From IMG/VR virus record IMGVR_UViG_3300009678_000013: DNA of 48,699 nucleotides. The stretch is one strand, 5' to 3'. Positions 42,007 to 48,699 of this stretch are shown here, piece after piece (the stretch's first letter is position 1; each line of letters begins with the position of its first letter). Below the pieces are notes generated by a model. It was not told the DNA's origin. It did not search any database and saw only the letters and a program-made list of their open reading frames with translations. Position numbers and translations under genes: made by a program. This DNA is from a virus.

Positions 42007-43116
42007 ATGCCCGACACCTACGTTCCGACGAAGGATTTCAGCGCCGATCAGGCGTTGCCGGTTCCCCCTGGTGGTTTCATTGACGGGGCGGGGCTGGACA
42101 GTGAATTGCTGGCGGTCAGCCAAGCGATTGATTCTCACAACACGAAGCTTCAAGCGATCACCGAGGCGGACAACAGCTTGGCGGTTCAGTCTGTGGGTGC
42201 CGAGCAATTGAAGCCGGGTTTATTGGAGGGGATTTCGGATGCTGTGGTCGGCGACGTTCAGCCATTGGTTGATTCTGCTGCGGCGTCGGCGGGCGCGGCT
42301 TCTTCGGCGTCGGTTCTTGCGGAGGATGCGCGGGTAGCTTCCGAGGCTGCGGCTATTGCTTCGCAGGGTTCGGCGAACTCGGCGGCGGCGGATGCCGGGA
42401 CGGCTGTATTGGCTCGGGATCAGGCGCAGGGTTTTGCAGGATCGGCTGACACTTCGTCAGCGACGGCTGTGGATCAGGCCAATCATGCGTTGGAGGATGC
42501 GAACCGGGCGAACCTGTGTCGGTTACGGTCGTTCGATTGGGCTGAGAAGTTGGATGGTCCGGTTCAGGATGATGTGGACGGGTCGGTATCGGGGTTCTCG
42601 GCGCATTGGTGGGCGGTCGAGGCGCAGCGGATTGTGACCGAGGGGTCGGTCAATCCGTTGACGGCGGCGGATATTGGTTTCGTTCCTGGCGGCACGATTG
42701 TTTCGGTGAATGTTCAGGATGCGATTGAGGAATTGGATTCTGACATTCAGGCATTGGATGTTCGGTTGGATGCGGTTGAGACATCGGCCTCGAATGGCGC
42801 GGCGGCGATCATCATTTTGGATTCTCGGCTGGATACGATCGAGGGTTTGCTGGTCACGATGGATTCGCGTGTTGACGCGATCGAGGCGGAGCAGATCGTT
42901 CAGAATAATCGGCTGACGGCTCTTGAGTTGGCTCCGCCGGCGACGGTCTTTGCTGCGTTCCCTGCCGATTACGAGGCTGGCGTTGCCGGTGAGGCGGTTG
43001 ATCCGGCCGGTGGCAATGCGGCATATCTTGTAAAATTGGCAGGGTTCGCGGCCCAGGTAGTTGCCGGGGCTGTCTCGTTCGGCTCGGCGACATTGGATGG
43101 TGGGGCCTATGCCTGA
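42007..43116 (+). CDS. Tail fibre-like protein
   Basis: Start refined to MPDTYVPTKDF (RBS aggggg). A/S-rich segment and coiled repeats (LDSRLDTIEGLL / MDSRVDAIEAE). Confidence 0.5.
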   Translation: MPDTYVPTKDFSADQALPVPPGGFIDGAGLDSELLAVSQAIDSHNTKLQAITEADNSLAVQSVGAEQLKPGLLEGISDAVVGDVQPLVDSAAASAGAASSASVLAEDARVASEAAAIASQGSANSAAADAGTAVLARDQAQGFAGSADTSSATAVDQANHALEDANRANLCRLRSFDWAEKLDGPVQDDVDGSVSGFSAHWWAVEAQRIVTEGSVNPLTAADIGFVPGGTIVSVNVQDAIEELDSDIQALDVRLDAVETSASNGAAAIIILDSRLDTIEGLLVTMDSRVDAIEAEQIVQNNRLTALELAPPATVFAAFPADYEAGVAGEAVDPAGGNAAYLVKLAGFAAQVVAGAVSFGSATLDGGAYA

Positions 43117-44293
43117 CAAGATCAAACATCGCCGATCGTCGCTGACCGGGGCGGCTCCTGTTGCGGGGGTCGCTGATGACTACGGGATTTTGAGCGGCAA
43201 TCTTGCCGACAAGAAATTGTTCATGGCCGATGCCGCTGGCGTGTCGGTCCTGATGTCGCAGCGTTTGGAGGAATATTCGGCGGTTCGGAAATATGCGGTC
43301 GGCGATTTGTGCATCCAGGCCGATTCGATCTATCGCTGCATCGTGGCCGTTGATCCCGTCGGTGCGTTCGATGCGTTGAAGTGGGAAGTGTTGGGTCCAG
43401 CGGTTCTCCCTGTCGTTGGTTTCAAGGCCACGCGAGCGACCCCTTGGGCGATTGCGCCTGCGACGTGGTATCCAGCGCAGCCCGATCAGGAAGTCTATGA
43501 CAACGGCGGGTATTACGATCCAGTCACATTCCGTTGGACGCCGCCGGCCGGCGACATCGCCATCGGGTTTTATGGCGACATGACCGGAAACATCGTCGCC
43601 AATCGCACTTATTTCGCGGCGATTTACAAAAACGGTGCGATCTTAGCGGGCGATCGTCGGCATTGCGTCCTGACGACCGGCATGGGTGTTGCGGTCCACA
43701 CCGAAGACAAGGCGAACGGCACCGACTATTACGAGGCATATATCAATGCCGATCAGGCAGGGTCGGGCAACAAGACCCTCGGTGCCGGTGTCGCGGCAAC
43801 GGCCTTCTACGGGCATGTGATCGCCGAGGGTGCCAGCGGCGCGGTCGAAGTTGTGGTCACGGCACCGGGAAAGGGCGATGTCATCCGCCACGATGGGACC
43901 AAATTCGTCAATCAGAAAACCCCTTATCCGATCTTGACCGGGCGCGTGGCCGGAAAGCCTGCGGCGGGTGCTGTCATGCTCGACATCAACGTGGATGCTG
44001 AAGTCGCGTTTATCGACGGGCTGCCCGATACGCTGATAACCGGCCTGACGGCGGCGACCGCGATTGCCGACTTCAAGCTGTGGCGCGGTGGCAATGCGAC
44101 CGATCCCTTGGTCGATGGCGCGACGTTGATCGGCACCATCCGCGTTGCGGCTGCGAGCCTCGTCGGGGCCGGTGTCGCTGGCGGCGGGAATTTCACCCTG
44201 ACACCTGGTCAGCGCCTTCGCCTGACCGCGCCAGCGGCGCAGGACGCAACCCTGGCCGATGTCTCGGCTTCAATTCACGGATACAGGCAATAG
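43109..44293 (+). CDS. Tail fibre or receptor-binding protein
   Basis: Start refined to MPDKIKHRRSSLTGAAP, an N-terminus typical of tail fibres. 8-nt overlap with the upstream gene. Confidence 0.5.
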   Translation: MPDKIKHRRSSLTGAAPVAGVADDYGILSGNLADKKLFMADAAGVSVLMSQRLEEYSAVRKYAVGDLCIQADSIYRCIVAVDPVGAFDALKWEVLGPAVLPVVGFKATRATPWAIAPATWYPAQPDQEVYDNGGYYDPVTFRWTPPAGDIAIGFYGDMTGNIVANRTYFAAIYKNGAILAGDRRHCVLTTGMGVAVHTEDKANGTDYYEAYINADQAGSGNKTLGAGVAATAFYGHVIAEGASGAVEVVVTAPGKGDVIRHDGTKFVNQKTPYPILTGRVAGKPAAGAVMLDINVDAEVAFIDGLPDTLITGLTAATAIADFKLWRGGNATDPLVDGATLIGTIRVAAASLVGAGVAGGGNFTLTPGQRLRLTAPAAQDATLADVSASIHGYRQ

Positions 44294-44296
44294 GCC

Positions 44297-45313
44297 ATGA
44301 TGCTCAATGCGGACGACTTCGGCGGCTACGGGACCAATGCCAATCTTGTTCTCTCCTGGGGCGCGAACTGGACCCTGGTTGGCACCGATCCTTGGGGCGG
44401 ACCGCAAGCTCGCGTCGGTGCCTCGACGCCGATCAAATTCACAACCGGGTTCGTGGCGGGCGACACCTTCATCTATGCCTTCCGCTGCAAAATGAATAAT
44501 TGGGCGGCGGCGAACTCGCGCTGGATTTCGATTTGCGACATCAATTCGGTTGAGCATATCCGGTTGCGCTTGGCGGGCGATGATACCTTGGAAGCCACGC
44601 GCAACGGCACAGCCATCGTTCCGGGTGCGGGCAACGTCAAGGGCACCAAAGTTTTTCAGGACGGCGCGACTTACTGGTTTTCTCTCAAGGGGAAAATTCA
44701 CGACACGACCGGATTCCTTGAACTCAAGGTCGATGGCATCACCGACATCAGCTTTACCGGGGCCGACACAAAGAATGCTGGCACAAGCGATATTCCCGCT
44801 GGCTTCCTGTGCGACGGCAATTCCGACATCCATCTATCATCGTGGATCGTCGCGAACACCACGGCGGGCGATGGCATTGTCGATCATATCCCGCCTTGCC
44901 GCGCCGAACGGTTGATCCCGAATGCCAATGGCGATCTATCGGGCTATGTTGCCTTGGGCGGCGGCACCCTGGCGTCGGAACTCGATGATCCGGCCACGCA
45001 TGATGGCGATGCAACCCGCGTCAGCGCGGCAGCGCCAGCCTCGTTCCTGGTGAACATGGCTTCGATCGTCGGCGCTCCGTCGGCCATCATCGCGGCCTAT
45101 GCCGAGATTGTGCATGAGAAGGACGATGCCGGGGCCTGCACAGCCCGGATCGATGTCAAGGCGGCAGGCGTCACGCAAAATGGCCCGACGCTGGCACCGA
45201 CCGGAGGCAACTACACGACCGACAAGCTGATGTTGGGCGATACACCGGCCAGCATTCCGTGGAGCGTAGCCGACATCAACGGCGTCCAAGTCGGGGCGAC
45301 GAGAATCACATGA
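44297..45313 (+). CDS. Putative tail-associated protein
   Basis: 338-aa ORF. Assigned by position only. Confidence 0.4.
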   Translation: MMLNADDFGGYGTNANLVLSWGANWTLVGTDPWGGPQARVGASTPIKFTTGFVAGDTFIYAFRCKMNNWAAANSRWISICDINSVEHIRLRLAGDDTLEATRNGTAIVPGAGNVKGTKVFQDGATYWFSLKGKIHDTTGFLELKVDGITDISFTGADTKNAGTSDIPAGFLCDGNSDIHLSSWIVANTTAGDGIVDHIPPCRAERLIPNANGDLSGYVALGGGTLASELDDPATHDGDATRVSAAAPASFLVNMASIVGAPSAIIAAYAEIVHEKDDAGACTARIDVKAAGVTQNGPTLAPTGGNYTTDKLMLGDTPASIPWSVADINGVQVGATRIT

Positions 45314-45516
45314 CAGAGCATCGCGTCACCAGGGCAGCGGCGGTCAGTTTCGAGACGTTCGCGGTCAGTCATCGAGTCAGCCGAGTGGCAATCGTTCCAT
45401 TCGAGACGTTCCCGGTCCAGCATCGGATTAGCCGCGTGTCCCTGGTTTACTTTCGCACCTTGGAGGAATCGGCGGCTCAGACGGCGGGGCCGGTGTTCAC
45501 GCCAACAGGAAACTAG
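45310..45516 (+). CDS. 68-aa protein built of three 17-aa tandem repeats
   Basis: HRVTRAAAVSFETFAVS / HRVSRVAIVPFETFPVQ / HRISRVSLVYFRTLEES. ATGA overlap with the upstream gene. Confidence 0.5.
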   Translation: MTEHRVTRAAAVSFETFAVSHRVSRVAIVPFETFPVQHRISRVSLVYFRTLEESAAQTAGPVFTPTGN

Positions 45517-45518
45517 CC

Positions 45519-45710
45519 ATGCCGTCATCCAGTCAAGCGCAGGCAAAACTCATGGCAGCGGCGGCGCATAATCCGAAGCTGGCCGATTCGCTCGGCATCG
45601 GTCAGTCGATGGCGAAGGAATGGCACAAGGCGGACAAGAAGCGCGGATGGAAGCAATTGCCGAAGCGGAAAGGCAAGGCGACCCATGCGGGGCCTCGTTC
45701 TCGCCGTTAG
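45519..45710 (+). CDS. Small basic protein, DUF3008-like
   Basis: 63 aa. SSQAQAKLMAAAAHNPK...KGK resembles DUF3008, from memory only. Confidence 0.4.
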   Translation: MPSSSQAQAKLMAAAAHNPKLADSLGIGQSMAKEWHKADKKRGWKQLPKRKGKATHAGPRSRR

Positions 45711-45885
45711 CCTGATGATCGGAGGATGCGCGAGCGACCAAGATGTTGTGGTGCAAAGCCCGTTCTGTTTCATGTTCTGCCGCAATGCGTATGGAACAAC
45801 CGATGTCACGATCCCGCCGATCGGGCGGGACTTGAACCTCAACGTAGGACCGCCTCGGGAAAGGCCAAGTGGATTTGTCGAATGA
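45685..45885 (+). CDS. Putative small lipoprotein
   Basis: MRGLVLAVSLMIGG-C (signal plus lipobox-like). Overlaps both neighbouring genes. Confidence 0.45.
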   Translation: MRGLVLAVSLMIGGCASDQDVVVQSPFCFMFCRNAYGTTDVTIPPIGRDLNLNVGPPRERPSGFVE

Positions 45886-47561
45886 ATGATGGATGGGGGC
45901 CGCAGGATTTGGATGGACAGCCGATCGCACAGCCGACGGCTGTGATCCTTCCTTTTATCCCAAGGCCGGCGCCAGAACCGGAGGGCGATGACGTTCTGAC
46001 AGAGGAAGAATTTGCGGCGAAGGAATGGGATCGGATCATCACGAAGCTCGCCCCTGACATTGAAAAGGCCAGGGATGATCTGATCCATTTCATTAAGCTG
46101 ATGAATTTGGACCCCGAGTTTCCGGGCGACATCCATCGATCGCTCTACAAGCCCGAACCATTCCATCGATCGACGGCGATGGCCTTGCAGCAATTGGAAT
46201 ATGGCGAGTTTTCAAACCTTATCATTTGCGTGCCGCCGCGCCACGGCAAGACCATGTTGCTCAAAAATTACATCGCATGGACCGAGGGCCGTCATCCCGA
46301 TGGGAACTCGGCCTATGCGTCCTACAACGGCGACTACGCGATGGAAGTCGGCTCGGCAATTCGCGATGAGATTTTGAACAACCCGCTATTCGGTGAAGTG
46401 TTTCCGGCCTTCATGCTCCGCAAGGGTGCGAAGTCATCGCGCAAGATGACCTCGACCATGAAAGGCTCGCTCTATTTCGTCGGGCGCAAGGGTGCGCTGA
46501 CCGGACGCGGCTATGATCGCGTCGGGGTTTGCGACGATCTGTTCAAGGATGCCGCCGAGGCGGATTCCGACATCATCCGCGAAGTTGCTTGGAAGTGGTT
46601 TACCAAGGTGTTCATGACGCGGCGACAGAATCAATCGAGGACCGTTCTCATCAATACCCGCTGGCATTCCGACGATCATATCGGCCGGTTGACCGATCCG
46701 AATAACCCGGCCTATGACCCCGAGGAAGCGAAGCGATGGAAGGTGATCCTGTTGCCCGCGCTGGCCGAAGTCGGCGACATTCTCGGGCGCACGCCGCATG
46801 AAGCTCTGTGGCCGTCTCGGTTCTCGGTCGAATTCCTAGAGCAACAAAAGCGCCTCGACCCTCGGGGATTCTCGGCGCTCTATCAGCAAAAGCCGTCGCC
46901 CGATGATGGCACTTATTTCCGGCGCGATTGGATCAGCCTCTACAACAAGGATGATCGGCCCGACGTGTCCAAGATGCGGATTTATGCCGCCAGCGATCAC
47001 GCCGTCGGCGAGACATTGAAGCACGATGCGACCGTGATGCTCATCGCCGGTATCTGTCCGGCGAAAAAGCTGTGGTTGCTCGATTGCTGGTGGGATCGCA
47101 AGGATACCGGCGTTGTGGTCGAAGCGATGCTGGACATGGCGCTCCGCTGGAAACCGATCTGGTGGTGGGCCGAGAAGGGCCATATCACGAAGGCCATCGG
47201 ACCCTGGCTGGAAAAGCGCAAGCAAGAGCGGGCCATTGTCCTCAATATCGACTACGTTGTCCCTGCCGCCTCGAAAGAACAGCGAGCGCGATCGGCGCAG
47301 GGTTTGATGTCCACGAAGCGCGTCATGTTCCCTCGGGCGGCTTTGTGGACGAACAGGGCCATGCACGAATTGCTGCAATTCCCGCATGGGAACAATGACG
47401 ATTTTGTCGATACCATTTCCCATTTGTCGGCGAAGGTTCACGCAATCATCGCCAAGCGGGAAGCTCCGCCGAACACCGAGGCGGCAGAGGGAACGTGGGG
47501 CTGGTGGAAACAGAGATTCAAACAGGCCGAAGATCGCGACCGGCCTAGCGATGGGTGGTAA
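45882..47561 (+). CDS. terL: Terminase large subunit
   Basis: 559 aa from MNDGWGPQD (the track ORF starts upstream at 45726). Walker A VPPRHGKT and a Walker B-like VGVCDD. Lies directly upstream of the portal gene. Confidence 0.8.
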   Translation: MNDGWGPQDLDGQPIAQPTAVILPFIPRPAPEPEGDDVLTEEEFAAKEWDRIITKLAPDIEKARDDLIHFIKLMNLDPEFPGDIHRSLYKPEPFHRSTAMALQQLEYGEFSNLIICVPPRHGKTMLLKNYIAWTEGRHPDGNSAYASYNGDYAMEVGSAIRDEILNNPLFGEVFPAFMLRKGAKSSRKMTSTMKGSLYFVGRKGALTGRGYDRVGVCDDLFKDAAEADSDIIREVAWKWFTKVFMTRRQNQSRTVLINTRWHSDDHIGRLTDPNNPAYDPEEAKRWKVILLPALAEVGDILGRTPHEALWPSRFSVEFLEQQKRLDPRGFSALYQQKPSPDDGTYFRRDWISLYNKDDRPDVSKMRIYAASDHAVGETLKHDATVMLIAGICPAKKLWLLDCWWDRKDTGVVVEAMLDMALRWKPIWWWAEKGHITKAIGPWLEKRKQERAIVLNIDYVVPAASKEQRARSAQGLMSTKRVMFPRAALWTNRAMHELLQFPHGNNDDFVDTISHLSAKVHAIIAKREAPPNTEAAEGTWGWWKQRFKQAEDRDRPSDGW

Positions 47562-47566
47562 GGGCT

Positions 47567-48699
47567 ATGTATGTAAAAAACGAAGAACTCGAAACTCCCG
47601 AGGCTCGCAAGGCGCTAGTCCAGCGGCTATCCGCTGACATCAAGGGAGCAAAAAAGTATTTCGATGATGACTTTCGGGCCATGCACGACGACATGGAAGT
47701 TGCTTGGACTGGCGCGTCAAAGAATTGGCCGAAGGATAATTACCGTGTCAACGTGACACAGCGGCATGTCAAGCAAAAGACCGCCGAGCTTTACGCCAAG
47801 AACCCAAAGGTTCAAGCCAAGATTCGGCCGAAAGTCGAATTCGCCGTGTGGGACGGCTCGCCCGAGACGCTACAGCAGGCGCAGCAGGAAATGATGATGG
47901 CGCAGCAGGCGATGCTCGGGATACCGCCACAAGCGCCGATGCAGCCACAGCCCGGAGCGCCAGCGGGCAACGGGCAAATGCCGCCCGAGGCTATGGGCCA
48001 AATGCAGACACAGGGGCCAATGCCGGCTGATCCAATGGGCGCTGGAATGATGAATCCCATGATGCCATCGCCGGAATCGATCGCGATCTTGCAGGAAGTC
48101 GAGATTTTCAAGGCGCGGCACAAGATGCTTCGCCGCCTCGGCAAGACGATGGAATCCCTGTGGGACTATTACACAGGCGAGCAAATCCCGCCGTTCAAGG
48201 ATTTGATGAAGGCTTGTGTCCGAACCTCGATCACTTGCGGGATCGGTTACACGAAGCTCGGATTCCAGCGCGAGGGCGAGCGCCGACCCGATGCCTCGGC
48301 GGATATTGCCGATTCGACTGTGCAGATCGCGCACATGGAACGGCTGTCGCAGGAATTGAAGGAAGGCGACATCACGACCGATGATGCCGATGCCGAGGAA
48401 TTGCGCCTCGGGATGCAGGCGCTTCAAGCACAGCCCGAGTTGATAGTGCGCGAGGGCATGGTGATCGATTTCCCATTCCCGACCGCGATCATCCCTGATC
48501 CGCAATGCGTTTCATTGAAGCATTGGGTCGGCGCTGACTTCTTGGCAGAGGAAATTTTCTTGACCCCGGATGAGGTCAAAGAAATCTACGGCGTTGATGT
48601 CTCGGGAACCCAAGCATCCACGTCCGATGGCGGCAACAAATATACGCCGTATTCAACGGCGGCCCGCGACTACAAGAACAATCCTCGCGCTGAAATCAG
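47567..48699 (+). CDS. Portal protein, N-terminal part; the ORF runs off the window end and continues at 124..1249
   Basis: ATG at 47567 lies 6 nt after the terL stop. The frame is open to the window end and, via the 123-nt overlap, in frame with ORF 2..1249. It is missing from the ORF track because it has no stop in the window. It contains a Q/P/M-rich low-complexity insert. Confidence 0.8.
   Translation, partial: MYVKNEELETPEARKALVQRLSADIKGAKKYFDDDFRAMHDDMEVAWTGASKNWPKDNYRVNVTQRHVKQKTAELYAKNPKVQAKIRPKVEFAVWDGSPETLQQAQQEMMMAQQAMLGIPPQAPMQPQPGAPAGNGQMPPEAMGQMQTQGPMPADPMGAGMMNPMMPSPESIAILQEVEIFKARHKMLRRLGKTMESLWDYYTGEQIPPFKDLMKACVRTSITCGIGYTKLGFQREGERRPDASADIADSTVQIAHMERLSQELKEGDITTDDADAEELRLGMQALQAQPELIVREGMVIDFPFPTAIIPDPQCVSLKHWVGADFLAEEIFLTPDEVKEIYGVDVSGTQASTSDGGNKYTPYSTAARDYKNNPRAEI
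48577..48699. repeat. Terminal overlap copy 2, identical to 1..123
   Basis: Exact 123-nt match to the window start. Confidence 0.9.

Noticed and set aside
41457-42017. ORFs in the divergent region (41457..42017 minus, and 41495..41938, 41580..41996 and 41653..41907 plus).
   Set aside because: They overlap in several frames. The translations are R/A/G/P-rich low complexity typical of GC-rich non-coding DNA, with no RBS and repeat-derived sequence.
45726-45881. Upstream-extended starts given by the ORF track, such as terL from 45726 and many leftward genes including 38387, 38017, 36997, 35287 and 41266.
   Set aside because: The extensions cross intergenic cassettes or neighbouring genes and lack an RBS. 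Internal ATGs have the conserved GAGG-TTCCACA context or ATGA coupling.

Overview
The window is a complete, circularly assembled phage genome of about 48.6 kb. Its first 123 nt are identical to its last 123 nt, and the junction falls inside the portal ORF. GC is high (about 60% by eye).

Gene layout: there are two arms. The plus-strand structural and packaging arm runs from 42007, across the junction, to 17245. In order it carries three tail-fibre-like genes, small proteins, the large terminase, portal, scaffold, major capsid, adaptor- and nozzle-like proteins, three internal-virion-like proteins, and a 2435-aa polyvalent protein. The minus-strand early and replication arm runs from 41194 down to 17103. 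It carries about 20 tiny early ORFs, an HTH protein, a RuvC-like resolvase, a RyR-domain protein, a Cas4-like nuclease, an SSB-like protein, an AEP primase fused to a DUF3987-type helicase, an adenine methyltransferase, a DHH/DHHA1 phosphoesterase and a sulfotransferase. I could not recognise a DNA polymerase, RNA polymerase, integrase, tRNA, small terminase or endolysin.

Main non-genic signals:
1. Two long arrays with strict 5-nt periodicity (RCC on plus, GGY on minus) lie directly on either side of one 217-aa gene. They have 34 and 79 phase-locked units. A third, 11-unit array follows the portal terminator.
2. A conserved intergenic cassette occurs 11 times between the small early genes. 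It consists of a stop-proximal CTAGCTG box, a hairpin, a GATTGAC box and a fixed SD-spacer-ATG. Two copies carry different stems that still pair.
3. Palindromic CAGATTG operator-like sites overlap a perfect sigma70-type promoter. Related boxes sit inside the cassettes.
4. An 800-bp non-coding divergent region contains 9-bp iterons, an AT-rich island and an array of ATGGAGCGCC half-sites.

Limits: all functional calls rest on motifs recognised by eye and on gene order. No homology search was possible.
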